A stretch of DNA of 64,000 bases from a candidate division WOR-3 bacterium (GCA_039801905.1 JBDRVQ010000002.1:3147-67146), one strand, 5' to 3'. Positions 22,748 to 32,352 are shown, numbered from the stretch's first letter. Notes: a model not told the origin generated them from the sequence alone. Numbers and translations are program-made.

Positions 22748-24271
22748 TTATTTTAACTTCAACAACTTTTTTACCCGAGAGCCATTAAAAGATAGGAAAT
22801 AAATACCCGATGCCGTTCTTCTTCCGAAGGAATCTTTTCCGTCCCAGAAGAGCCGGTAGGTCCCGGCTTTCCCTCTTTTCCCAATTAACTCCCTGACCAG
22901 CCGGCCGTTTCCATCATAAATAGAAAACTTTACCTCCGATTCCCGGGAAAGAGAATAAAAGATAGAAATCGTCTGCGAAGTTGGATTAGGAAAGATAAGA
23001 AACCTTTCTCCGACGGTCGCAAGCGAATTCTTTTCTTTAATGGAAACAAAAGGCGTTGGTAAGTAATGGTAACCCAAATCAATCCTATCCGTATCATAAA
23101 CCGTATCACTTCTTGTTGTCCAACGGTGAATTAGAGAATCAAGATTCAAGGGAGAGGTCATCAAAAGAGTATCACCAGCATCAACACAAGGACTCTCTTC
23201 CGGTTGCCCAGCAGCAATCTGACTTAAATAATACTCACCAGAAGGTCCCGAAACAAATAAGGGGTCAAGAGAAAAAGCATGCGGTCCGGGTCGGCAGGCA
23301 TAATAATTATTCGGTAGATTTCCCCAAACATCGTTATAGTCAAAAATTAAAGTATCAAGAGTATCCGGTTGACAAGCAATCCCTCCCCCATAAGGAACAA
23401 TACCCGTAGCGATATTTCCCACAATGATATTATTCTTAATCACCGAACTCTTACTGCTTTTCACATAAATCGCTCCCCCATAAGGGATTGCTGTGGAACA
23501 CATATTGGCAAAAAAGGTATTATTAAAAACCAAAGCATTTGCCGAATCAATATACAAGGCACCACCATAAGCAAAACCACCAGTTGTCGCCCCAGCCCGA
23601 TTCCGCACAAAGAGATTGGAAAAGACAACCGGCATCCCCCCAATCAAACACAAAGCACCACCATACCAAAAACCACCACCCGCCGTATCAGCAATCACAT
23701 TCTCCAAAAAATAATTCTGATAAAAAACTCCCGAACCCGTACAATAGATACCACCGCCGTAACGCCAACCACCACCACCCGGACGCTCAATCTTATTCTG
23801 AGCGATTAAATTATAAGCAAAAGTTGGTGAGCCATCCGCATAAACCCCACCACCATAACCAAGAGCAGTAACAGTATTACCAACAATCCGATTCTCAAAA
23901 AATGTTGGACTTCCCCGACAGAAAATGCCCCCTCCGTAACCATAAAGACCACTCACCCGACCATTAGTAATAGTAAAACCGCGAATTACAGTAGCCGGCG
24001 TATAAACCATCGCATTCATCGTGATCACCCGAGCGGTATCGTTACCGTTAATAATCGTTACCTCCTGACCACCTTCACTCAAAAGCACAATCCTATCCCG
24101 GTTGGGCCAAAGGATATTCTCATAATAAATCCCCGGTGCCACCAAAACGGTATCACCACTCAAAGCCCCGTTCAATCCGGATTGAATCGTAAGCGAATCC
24201 CCCGGTACCCGAATCACGCGGGGATAGAGAAAAGAAAAGAAGAAAAAAAGAAAAAGAGATAACCTCTTCAT
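22748..24271 (-). CDS. Secreted right-handed beta-helix repeat protein with T9SS C-terminal sorting domain
   Basis: Signal peptide MKRLSLFLFFFFSFLYP, many YGGGI/YGGA turns, and a C-terminal ..GIYFLSFNGSRVKKLLKLK tail. Paralog of 32353-33903. Confidence 0.6.
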   Translation of the reverse strand: MKRLSLFLFFFFSFLYPRVIRVPGDSLTIQSGLNGALSGDTVLVAPGIYYENILWPNRDRIVLLSEGGQEVTIINGNDTARVITMNAMVYTPATVIRGFTITNGRVSGLYGYGGGIFCRGSPTFFENRIVGNTVTALGYGGGVYADGSPTFAYNLIAQNKIERPGGGGWRYGGGIYCTGSGVFYQNYFLENVIADTAGGGFWYGGALCLIGGMPVVFSNLFVRNRAGATTGGFAYGGALYIDSANALVFNNTFFANMCSTAIPYGGAIYVKSSKSSVIKNNIIVGNIATGIVPYGGGIACQPDTLDTLIFDYNDVWGNLPNNYYACRPGPHAFSLDPLFVSGPSGEYYLSQIAAGQPEESPCVDAGDTLLMTSPLNLDSLIHRWTTRSDTVYDTDRIDLGYHYLPTPFVSIKEKNSLATVGERFLIFPNPTSQTISIFYSLSRESEVKFSIYDGNGRLVRELIGKRGKAGTYRLFWDGKDSFGRRTASGIYFLSFNGSRVKKLLKLK

Positions 24272-24348
24272 TTTCCCTCCAACGCCTTTCTCTAAGACCC
24301 AAATTATACAAAGTTCACCAAAATAGTCAAATGGCGAGATAGATTATA

Positions 24349-24377
24349 GTTGACATTTCCCAAAAATCACCTATAAT
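24349..24377 (+). promoter_or_regulatory. Consensus sigma70 promoter TTGACA-17-TATAAT, 41 bp upstream of repeat-element core copy 2
   Basis: gTTGACAtttcccaaaaatcaccTATAATat. Both hexamers are perfect with a 17-bp spacer. Confidence 0.6.
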
Positions 24378-24418
24378 ATAATAAAAAAGAAGAGCAAAAG
24401 AATTTGATTAAATCCGAA

Positions 24419-24728
24419 AAGGGAGGGGTTTATTTTTATAAAAAGGGGTGTAGCATACAGGGGATGGTATCGGAGACCTAATTTTTAGCCTAATTGGGGC
24501 TCTAATAAATACCTTAAACCTTCGCTTAATCCACCTATTAAATAAAGGTTTAATCACCATATAAAATGGGGGTTTAATCCCTATAATAATGGAAGGCTTA
24601 ATCCGAAACCTAATTCCCTACCTAATCCCAGTGCTAACCAAGAATCTAATTGAGTAAATAATCTTCCGCCTAATTCTATCTCTTATTAATAGATTAATCC
24701 AGAGAGTAAAAGAAAGAGTAAGTTGACT
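24419..24728 (+). repeat. Composite intergenic element, copy 2: core 24419-24471, TAAT array ~24472-24700, ending at a TTGACT -35 box (24723-24728)
   Basis: Core AGGGAGGGGTTTATTTTTATAAAAAGGGGTGTAGCATACAGGGGATGGTATC. The array has YTAAT every 11-13 bp. Confidence 0.85.
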
Positions 24729-24756
24729 TCTCTCCTTTTTCTTTTACTCTTACTCT

Positions 24757-25392
24757 ATGAATCAATATAAAGAATTACTCAAAGAAATTGCCCCTTATAA
24801 TCTCCACCGAATGAAACTTAATCCGAAAAAAGCCTGCCTCTTAGTTATTGATATGCAGAATGATTTCTTAACCCCAGGTTCTGAGGTCTATATTCCAGAA
24901 GGAGAGGCAATTATCCCCAATATCAAAAAACTCCTTACTCTCTTCCGAAAGAAAAGATTACCCGTAATTTATACTGCCCACGTTCACAAAAACCCAAAAG
25001 TTGATGGTGGGATGACTGCGGAATGGTGGCCCGAATTAAAGGCGGGTCGGGTATTAAAAGCCGGGAGTAAAGGGGCGGAGATTCACCCAGCACTAAAACC
25101 AAAGGATGAGTTAGTTATTTATAAACATCGCTACTCCGCTTTTTATAATACTAATTTAGAAATCTGCCTTCGGGGTTTAAAAGTAACGGATTTGGTCATT
25201 ACCGGGGTGATGACGAATATCTGTTGTGAATCAACTGCTCGGGATGCCTTCTTTCGGGACTTTCGGGTATTCTTCTTAGCCGATGCCACCGCCAGCCCTT
25301 TTCCTGAACTCCATCTTGCTACCTTAAAGAATTTAGCCTATGCCTTCGCTTACATCACAACCACCGAAGAGATTATCCAAGTAATAAAATAA
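24757..25392 (+). CDS. Isochorismatase-family hydrolase (nicotinamidase-like)
   Basis: CLLVIDMQNDFLTPGS..LPVIYTAHVH..ITGVMTNICCESTARDA. Confidence 0.7.
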   Translation: MNQYKELLKEIAPYNLHRMKLNPKKACLLVIDMQNDFLTPGSEVYIPEGEAIIPNIKKLLTLFRKKRLPVIYTAHVHKNPKVDGGMTAEWWPELKAGRVLKAGSKGAEIHPALKPKDELVIYKHRYSAFYNTNLEICLRGLKVTDLVITGVMTNICCESTARDAFFRDFRVFFLADATASPFPELHLATLKNLAYAFAYITTTEEIIQVIK

Positions 25393-25427
25393 ATTTTAGT
25401 TGACCGCATCTCTTTTTTCCTGTATAA

Positions 25428-27152
25428 TTGAGTTTACTTAAAATGATTAAACTTCTTCTTGGTGATGAAGCCTGTGCCCGAGGCGCCTATGAGGCGGGTT
25501 GCCGGGTTGCTGCTGCCTATCCCGGAACACCTTCCACCGAAATCCTTGAGGCACTCGCAGAATATAAAGATGTTTATTGTGAATGGTCAACCAATGAGAA
25601 GGTTGCCTTAGAGGTTGCCTTTGGTGCCGCTAATGCTGGTGCGCGCTCTCTGGTGGCGATGAAGCATGTTGGCTTAAATGTTGCCGCTGACCCATTATTT
25701 TCTTCGGCTTATATTGGTGTGAAGGCGGGAATGGTAATTGTGACCTGTGATGACCCAGGCATGCATTCTTCCCAGAATGAACAGGATAACCGGTTTTATG
25801 GCTTAATGGCGAAAATTCCTGTGCTTTGCCCTTCGGATTCTCAGGAGGTGAAGGATTTTACAAAACTTGCCTTTGAAATCTCCGAGCAGTTTGAAATTCC
25901 CGTAATTTTAAGGATGACCACCCGGGTCGCCCATTCTAAATCACCGGTAAAACTGGAAGAAAGGGTTGAAGTTCCAATTAAGGGTTATAACTCTGAGGTC
26001 TGGCGGACCAATCTTTTGCCCCAATTTGCCCGCAGACGCCATATCACTCTGGAAGAAAAGTTAGAGAAATTGACGGAGTATGCGGAGAGTACCCCAATCA
26101 ATCGGTTTGAAGAGGGGAAAAGAAGTTTTGGGATTATTGCCGATGGGGTTGCGTATCTTTATGCCAAGGAGGTCTTTCCCAATGCCTCTTTCTTAAAGTT
26201 GGGGATGGTCTATCCCTTCCCGAGGAATTTGGTTAAAAATTTTGCCCAAAAGGTAAGAAAGGTTTATGTGGTAGAAGAGGTTGACCCGTTCTTAGAGATT
26301 TTGGCAAAAGCAAATGGAATTAAAGTTTTCGGCAAGGAGTTCTTGCCCCGCTGGGATGAGTTGAATCCCTTTATTGTCCGTAATGCCCTCTCTAAGAAGA
26401 AAAAGGAAGTAAAAAGGGAAGAGGTTATTCCGCGACCACCGGCTCTCTGCCCGGGTTGTCCCCACACCGGAATCTTTTATCTCTTACAGCGAAAGAATTT
26501 AATTTTAACGGGCGATATTGGTTGTTATACCCTTGGTGCCTTGGCACCCCATAAGGCGATGGATACTTGCATCTGTATGGGTGCCTCAATCACCTTTGCC
26601 CACGGCGCTGATAAAGCATTAGGGAAAAATGACTCCCGGCGGATTGTTGCTTTAATTGGTGATTCTACTTTTTTCCATATGGGTGTGCCCGGTTTGATTA
26701 ATGTCGGGTATAATAAGGGAAATGTCATTACGATTGTCTTTGATAATCGGACAACCGGGATGACCGGTCATCAGGACCATCCGGGAACCGGCAGAACCTT
26801 GATGGGTGAAGAGACGAAGATAATCAAAGTGGAAGATGTTGCCCGCGCCTGTGGGATTGAAAAAGTTTACACCTTAGACCCTTATCAAATTAGGGAGAAT
26901 CGGAAATTATTTCGGGAGATATTGGCTCAAGAAGGGCCGGCGGTGGTCGTCTCTTCTCGCCCCTGCGCCCTTTTGGTGCCGAGGAAGGAAGCAAAAAGGG
27001 TTATCGCTGATTTGTGTAGTGGTTGTAAGTTATGTTTACAGTTGGGTTGTCCCGCGATTATGTTTAAGGAAGAAAAAGCGGTAATTCAAGATGCCTTCTG
27101 TGTCGGTTGCGGAATGTGCCAGGAGTTATGCCAGAAAGGGGCAATTGTATGA
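25428..27152 (+). CDS. iorA: Indolepyruvate:ferredoxin oxidoreductase alpha subunit (TPP enzyme plus 2x[4Fe-4S]); alternative start at 25443
   Basis: LLGDEACARGAYEAGCRVAAAYPGTPSTEI.. and C-terminal CSGCKLCLQLGCPAI / CVGCGMCQELC. Confidence 0.85.
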   Translation: MSLLKMIKLLLGDEACARGAYEAGCRVAAAYPGTPSTEILEALAEYKDVYCEWSTNEKVALEVAFGAANAGARSLVAMKHVGLNVAADPLFSSAYIGVKAGMVIVTCDDPGMHSSQNEQDNRFYGLMAKIPVLCPSDSQEVKDFTKLAFEISEQFEIPVILRMTTRVAHSKSPVKLEERVEVPIKGYNSEVWRTNLLPQFARRRHITLEEKLEKLTEYAESTPINRFEEGKRSFGIIADGVAYLYAKEVFPNASFLKLGMVYPFPRNLVKNFAQKVRKVYVVEEVDPFLEILAKANGIKVFGKEFLPRWDELNPFIVRNALSKKKKEVKREEVIPRPPALCPGCPHTGIFYLLQRKNLILTGDIGCYTLGALAPHKAMDTCICMGASITFAHGADKALGKNDSRRIVALIGDSTFFHMGVPGLINVGYNKGNVITIVFDNRTTGMTGHQDHPGTGRTLMGEETKIIKVEDVARACGIEKVYTLDPYQIRENRKLFREILAQEGPAVVVSSRPCALLVPRKEAKRVIADLCSGCKLCLQLGCPAIMFKEEKAVIQDAFCVGCGMCQELCQKGAIV

Positions 27153-27916
27153 GGGTGGTAGATGTCAATTGGGAAAATGTTGATGATTTCATTATGGTCT
27201 GTATCCCGGAGGCAAAAAGGAATCACCCTGCATTTCAAGAAGGCTGGCGGATTAAGAAAGATTATCTAAGAAATCGTTTGGCAAAGAATCTTCCTTGCGG
27301 GAAGATTGCCTATTTGGGAGACGAACCGGTGGGGATGATTCAATTTCTTCCTCAGGAGGAGGCGATTGAAATTCAATGCATATTTGCTTCTAAATATCAA
27401 GGTCAGGGGATTGGCACAAGTCTATTGAAAAATCTAATTACTGACTTGCAAAAGCCTCTCCCCTATCTAAATCATAAGACCCCAAGGGGAATTTTTACCT
27501 ACGCCTTTGAAACCGGTGCCGGTTATCCCCAACACCTCTTTTACCAAAAAAATGGGTTTAAACCAGTCTCTCAGGAAAACCCTTATTTACTTTACTTCCC
27601 ATTAGAAAAAGATTGGGTTTATGAACCACCTTTGGAAAAAGAATACCGACCTCTGCCGGAAGATAAAAACCAGGCAATAATCTTCTATCAACCAAACTGT
27701 CCCTGGTCAATCTATTTTACGGAAATGACCGAAGAAAAAATAAAAGAGGTAGCAAAGGACATTCCGATAAGAAGGATAAATCGGGAAGAAGAGAAGGAGG
27801 AGGTAGCAAAAAGGGGAAATGTCCCCTACCTTCTGGTAAACGGCAAGCCGATAAGAACTTTTGTTTTAGACCAAGAGAATTTTCTTAAAGAGGTAAGGGA
27901 GGCTTGGCAGGGATGA
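27149..27916 (+). CDS. GNAT-family N-acetyltransferase domain fused to a thioredoxin/glutaredoxin-like C-terminal domain, inserted between iorA and iorB
   Basis: GNAT motif region EIQCIFASKYQGQGIGTSLLKNL. C-terminal IFYQPNCPWSIYFT..VPYLLVNGKPI resembles a Trx-fold. ATGA overlap with the iorA stop. The track start 27107 is upstream and in frame. Confidence 0.5.
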   Translation: MRVVDVNWENVDDFIMVCIPEAKRNHPAFQEGWRIKKDYLRNRLAKNLPCGKIAYLGDEPVGMIQFLPQEEAIEIQCIFASKYQGQGIGTSLLKNLITDLQKPLPYLNHKTPRGIFTYAFETGAGYPQHLFYQKNGFKPVSQENPYLLYFPLEKDWVYEPPLEKEYRPLPEDKNQAIIFYQPNCPWSIYFTEMTEEKIKEVAKDIPIRRINREEEKEEVAKRGNVPYLLVNGKPIRTFVLDQENFLKEVREAWQG

Positions 27917-28506
27917 AAAAAGATAGTAATACCAATATTATTATCTGTGGGACCGGAGGGCAAGGGATTTTATTACTCTCTGACCTTTTAGGTTCGGTCG
28001 CCTTAAAGGAAGGTTTGGATATAAAAAAGAGTGAAGTGCACGGGATGGCGCAAAGAGGTGGCAGTGTCATTACCCATTTGCGATTTGGCGAAAAGGTCTA
28101 TTCCCCATTAATTGAAGAAGGGACCGCCCATTTTCTCATTTCCTTAGAAAAGTTAGAGGCATTAAGATATCTCCATTTCCTTTCGCCCAAGGGAATTTTA
28201 ATCTCTGACACCTTAGAGATTGAACCTTTGCCCGCTTTAATCGGTGAAATGGAATACCCCAAAGATATTGAAACTCGGATAAAGGAGAGATTAAAGAAGG
28301 TTTATTTTATTCCTGCCTTTCAGGTGGCAAAGGAATTGGGTGAGCCGAGAGTGCAGAATATGGTGATGCTCGGTTTTTTGTCTAATTTCTTGCCCTTTAA
28401 GGAAGAAACCTATCAAATGGCAATTAAAGAGTTGGTAAAAGAAAAATTTTGGGAAATAAATTTTCAAGCCTTAGAAAAGGGTAAAAGCCTGGCAAAAAGG
28501 AGATAA
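27904..28506 (+). CDS. iorB: Indolepyruvate oxidoreductase beta subunit
   Basis: IIICGTGGQGILLLSDLLG..VHGMAQRGGSV. Confidence 0.85.
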   Translation: MAGMKKDSNTNIIICGTGGQGILLLSDLLGSVALKEGLDIKKSEVHGMAQRGGSVITHLRFGEKVYSPLIEEGTAHFLISLEKLEALRYLHFLSPKGILISDTLEIEPLPALIGEMEYPKDIETRIKERLKKVYFIPAFQVAKELGEPRVQNMVMLGFLSNFLPFKEETYQMAIKELVKEKFWEINFQALEKGKSLAKRR

Positions 28507-28508
28507 AG

Positions 28509-31235
28509 ATGAAACGCTATCTTCTCGGCGCGATTTTTCTCGCGTTTTTAATCTGCCCAATTTATGGGGCATTTCGTTCCCATTATTCTATGGGACAAAC
28601 TTATCCCTTTACGCCGCTTCCTGATGCTTCCGCCCACTTAATCTCTTTCTCCAATGGTTTTATGATTGATACCCGTTTTGGGGAACCGAATTTGCCAGAA
28701 AACCTAAAAATTCTGGAGCAAGAAGGTAAAATTTACCACATCATTCAGTTTAAGGAGCCGGTGCGAAAAGATTTCTTACGAGAACTGGAAAGATTTGGGA
28801 TTAAGACTCTTGGTTATCTTCCCTATTATGCGGTCTTAGCGAAGATTGATGGGAAAGAAAAGGAAATCATCGCTTCCCTTCCTTTCGTCAATTGGGTTGG
28901 AATTTTCCAGCCAGCATATAAGATTCAGGATGTGCTTCTCAGTGCCCAGGGAATAAAAGAGATCGCGATTCAGGTGACGCCTGGGGAAGAGATTTTTCCC
29001 ATCGTGAATTTGATAAAAGAGAGGGGTGGTCAGATTGATGAAATTATGGTTACAGAATTCGGTAAGACAATCAAGGCGACTGTTGATGCGGAGATGATTC
29101 CGGCCATTGCCCATTTACCCGAAGTTTTATGGCTCCAGGAATGGACTGAACCAACCGTTTGCAATGATAATTGTCAGTGGGTTGTCCAGACCGGTTGGCG
29201 GGCTACCGCTCCTCCCCAAAATGATACCATCGCCCGTCGAGTTTGGACCAGAGGCGTAAGGGGCGAGAGAGTAATCCTTTCTACTACTGATACCGGATTG
29301 AACATCACTGGACCCGGACATGATATGTTCCGAGACCCGAATCTACCAGTGACCCCACCCGGAGTTTGGCCCACCCACCGCAAGGTCGTTGCCTATAAGG
29401 TCTACGGCACAAATAATACAACCGAAGACCTTTATCACGGTAGCCATGTTAACGGCACAGTCGCAGGAGATGATTCCATAAATGGTGGCACAAGTTATTA
29501 CGATGGAATGGCGATAAAGGCGCGTCTTTATTTTGTTGATGTGGAAAGGTCTGGTAGTCTTAATGTGCCGAACGATTTAACCACAGTTTGGGACACAGTC
29601 TATGCCGGTCGGGGATTACCCGATTCCCTCCGGCCGATAACCCAACACTCTGGCAGTTGGGGTTGGTCTAACTCCTCTGGCACCTATCTATTGCAGGATG
29701 CTTCAACTGATGCCTTTTCCTGGCTCAATAAAGACTTTCTTAACATTATGGCTGCGGGTAACGAATCAAGTAGAAGAAGGATTAGGAATCCGGGGATTGC
29801 CAAAAATGTGATCACTGTTGGTGCCTTAAATAACGGCACAGGTTCTAACACCATCGCTAGTTTCTCTTCCCGGGGACCGACTCAGGACAACCGGATAAAA
29901 CCAACCGTCTGTGCCCCGGGAGTAAATCTCTGGTCAGCAAACCGTACTGGAACCAATTCCTATCAGCAGATGTCTGGAACAAGTATGGCAACACCCGCAG
30001 TTAATGGTGCGGTTGGTCTAATGCGTTCTTATTTAAGGCAGGGTTATTATCCATCGGGCGAAGCCAACCTCTCTGATGCCCTTGATTACATCAGTGCCGC
30101 CTTATTGAGAGCAATGGCAATTGTTTCCGCGGACCCGAATGTTGGTTCTTATGTTGTTCCGGATAGTAATATCGGCTGGGGAAGAATTGATGTTGACTCG
30201 GTCCTTTACTTCACTGGGGACTTAAGAAAACTATATCTCAAAGACGATACATTTGGTCTCATAACCGGACAATATAAAGAAGAATTTTTCTCCGTTGATA
30301 CTGCGATACCTTTAAGAATTGCTTTGGTCTGGACCGATACCGCAGCGGCTCCCAATGCCAATCCAACTTTGGTTAATGACCTAAACTTAGAAGTGACCGC
30401 TCCCAACGGCACCTATTACCGAGGAAATCAATACAGTGCTGGTCAATCTATCCCCAATCCGAGTAATTGGGATAACCGAAATGTGGAAGAGTGCGTTCGC
30501 GTTAACTCACCACTGACCGGTCTCTGGCGCATCCGGGTTTATGGTCAGCAGGTTAGAACCAGTCGTGCTCAACCCTTTGCCTTTGCCATCACCGGCGCGA
30601 TCACCCCTTACCAACCGGATGTTGGTGTTCTTTCAATTATTGCTCCAACCGGACAGATTGATTCCGGAACCGTTGTCATTCCCAAAGCCGAAGTGAAAAA
30701 CTTTGGTGAGCAAGCGGTAGATTTTAATGTGAAATTTACTATCGGTAATTTCTATGAGGAAGATACCTCAATCACCCTTAATGCCGGAATGATTGATACG
30801 GTGATTTTTCCACAATGGATTGCCGAGCCCCTTGGCGTCCATATCGTCAAATGTACCACCGAACTTATGGGTGATATTAACCCAGCCAATGACCTGATGG
30901 TTGATTCCGTAGAAGTAATACCCTATGTTGGCATCAAAGAGATGGGAAAAGTTAAGTCGCTAACGACCTTGAAAGGTATCACACCCAATCCCTTCTCTTC
31001 CCAGACCGCACTGGAATTTATCCTCGCCCCCGAAGAAGAAATTTCTTTGGCGATTTATAACTCCTCTGGCTCTTTAATCCGAAAAATTGCTGCAAAACCT
31101 AACTCAGGGGTCTATAAGATAATCTGGGATGGTACTGATAATGAAGGAAAGAAGGCTCCCGCGGGTATCTATTTCTTCTCTCTTAAAACCAGAGATCTCT
31201 CCTTAACCCGGAAGGTCTTAAAGATAAACAACTAA
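28509..31235 (+). CDS. Secreted subtilisin-family (S8) serine protease with CARDB-like domain and T9SS C-terminal sorting domain
   Basis: Catalytic triad contexts TTDTGLN (Asp), HGSHVNGTVAGD (His) and SGTSMATPAVNG (Ser). C-terminal ..ITPNPFSSQTALEF..GIYFFSLKT..KVLKINN tail. Confidence 0.85.
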   Translation: MKRYLLGAIFLAFLICPIYGAFRSHYSMGQTYPFTPLPDASAHLISFSNGFMIDTRFGEPNLPENLKILEQEGKIYHIIQFKEPVRKDFLRELERFGIKTLGYLPYYAVLAKIDGKEKEIIASLPFVNWVGIFQPAYKIQDVLLSAQGIKEIAIQVTPGEEIFPIVNLIKERGGQIDEIMVTEFGKTIKATVDAEMIPAIAHLPEVLWLQEWTEPTVCNDNCQWVVQTGWRATAPPQNDTIARRVWTRGVRGERVILSTTDTGLNITGPGHDMFRDPNLPVTPPGVWPTHRKVVAYKVYGTNNTTEDLYHGSHVNGTVAGDDSINGGTSYYDGMAIKARLYFVDVERSGSLNVPNDLTTVWDTVYAGRGLPDSLRPITQHSGSWGWSNSSGTYLLQDASTDAFSWLNKDFLNIMAAGNESSRRRIRNPGIAKNVITVGALNNGTGSNTIASFSSRGPTQDNRIKPTVCAPGVNLWSANRTGTNSYQQMSGTSMATPAVNGAVGLMRSYLRQGYYPSGEANLSDALDYISAALLRAMAIVSADPNVGSYVVPDSNIGWGRIDVDSVLYFTGDLRKLYLKDDTFGLITGQYKEEFFSVDTAIPLRIALVWTDTAAAPNANPTLVNDLNLEVTAPNGTYYRGNQYSAGQSIPNPSNWDNRNVEECVRVNSPLTGLWRIRVYGQQVRTSRAQPFAFAITGAITPYQPDVGVLSIIAPTGQIDSGTVVIPKAEVKNFGEQAVDFNVKFTIGNFYEEDTSITLNAGMIDTVIFPQWIAEPLGVHIVKCTTELMGDINPANDLMVDSVEVIPYVGIKEMGKVKSLTTLKGITPNPFSSQTALEFILAPEEEISLAIYNSSGSLIRKIAAKPNSGVYKIIWDGTDNEGKKAPAGIYFFSLKTRDLSLTRKVLKINN

Positions 31236-31243
31236 TAAGAAAA

Positions 31244-31276
31244 AGGGGTAGGAAGAATTATTTGCTTCCTACCCCT
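31244..31276. terminator. Bidirectional intrinsic terminator hairpin between the convergent protease and archease genes
   Basis: AGGGGTAGGAAG-aattatttg-CTTCCTACCCCT forms a 12-bp perfect stem. It is flanked by A-run and T-run sequence. Confidence 0.6.
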
Positions 31277-31284
31277 CTAAATTT

Positions 31285-31698
31285 TTAGACATCAAAAATG
31301 ACGGTTGCTTTATACTGGGAATCTTCTTTTTTAATCTGGAACATATGGTAGGTTGGGGTCTTTATCTCAATCTTCAAAGGATGCCTCTTCGGATCAAATT
31401 TCTCACCAGTAATTTTCGCTAAAAGGGAGTTTTTTTCCAGAGAAATCTTCTTAACCCTTTTGCCGACAAAGTATTCCGTAGCAAAAAGAAAGAGGAGTTC
31501 CCTTAACCAATCCATAAATAAATCTTCTAAGGATTCCGCAGTTATCTTTATCTCTCTCTCTTCTCGCTCTTCAATAATTTCAATATCAGTGATATTATCA
31601 AAAAGGGCATAAAGCCCATTGGCAAATAGTTCCTCCAAGTCTTTACCAAAGATTTCTACGCCTAAATCCGAAGTATGATTCAGATACCGGTATCTCAT
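31285..31698 (-). CDS. Archease
   Basis: MRYRYLNHTSDLGVEIFGKDLEELFANGLYALF.. matches the archease family N-terminus (HTADxGxxxxGxxLEELF). Confidence 0.7.
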   Translation of the reverse strand: MRYRYLNHTSDLGVEIFGKDLEELFANGLYALFDNITDIEIIEEREEREIKITAESLEDLFMDWLRELLFLFATEYFVGKRVKKISLEKNSLLAKITGEKFDPKRHPLKIEIKTPTYHMFQIKKEDSQYKATVIFDV

Positions 31699-32219
31699 AT
31701 CCCTTTTGCCAGAAGGGACTTGTATCTTTTGGCTAAAAGATAGTAACTCTCGGCTACCTTCTTAATCCAATTAACCTCTTCTGGTTTTACCTCTCTTTTC
31801 ACCCGCGCCGGAATTCCGGCAACTAAGGTTCCGGCAGGCACAACAGAATCCTCCAAAAGGACACTGCCCGCGCCAACGATTGAATTCTTCCCGACCTTTA
31901 CCCGATTTAATAAAATTGAACCCATTCCGATCATACACTCATCTTCAATTTGGCAGCCGTGCAGAATTGCCCGGTGCCCAACCGAAACTAAATCGCCAAT
32001 GATTACCGGCGGTTCGCCTTCATCAACATGGATCATAGTCAAATCTTGAATATTGGTCATTTTCCCGATAATAATCCGATTGACATCCGCCCGAATTGTG
32101 GTACCAAACCAAATGCTTGATTTCTCTCTTATCTCACAATCGCCAATGATTATGGCGTTGGGCGCAATAAAGACATCTTCTCCAATTTTTGCCTTCTTCT
32201 CATAAAATGGATAAAGCAT
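31695..32219 (-). CDS. Gamma-carbonic-anhydrase-family hexapeptide-repeat protein
   Basis: Left-handed beta-helix hexapeptide repeats, e.g. ..IAPNAIIIGDCEIREKSSIWFGTTIRAD.. (gamma-CA/YrdA-like). Confidence 0.8.
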   Translation of the reverse strand: MLYPFYEKKAKIGEDVFIAPNAIIIGDCEIREKSSIWFGTTIRADVNRIIIGKMTNIQDLTMIHVDEGEPPVIIGDLVSVGHRAILHGCQIEDECMIGMGSILLNRVKVGKNSIVGAGSVLLEDSVVPAGTLVAGIPARVKREVKPEEVNWIKKVAESYYLLAKRYKSLLAKGI

Positions 32220-32303
32220 AATAGAATGATATTCAACTTCTTCTCTCTGTCAATCTTTCATGAGTTTTTACCGGTCTTCTCAGATAGTCCCACTCTAAAA
32301 ATT

Positions 32304-32352
32304 ATTGATTTTTTATTATCTTCAGTTAAAATTTAAGATATAAGGAGGAAAT
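32304..32352 (+). promoter_or_regulatory. Candidate promoter (TTGATT-16-TAAAAT) and strong SD (AAGGAGG) upstream of 32353
   Basis: ..TTGATTttttattatcttcagtTAAAATttaagatatAAGGAGGaaatATG. Confidence 0.4.

Noticed and set aside
23056-23871. Three overlapping plus-strand ORFs rich in H/N/Q/T
   Set aside because: They are mirror ORFs of the Gly/Tyr-rich beta-helix gene on the minus strand. Low-complexity translation.
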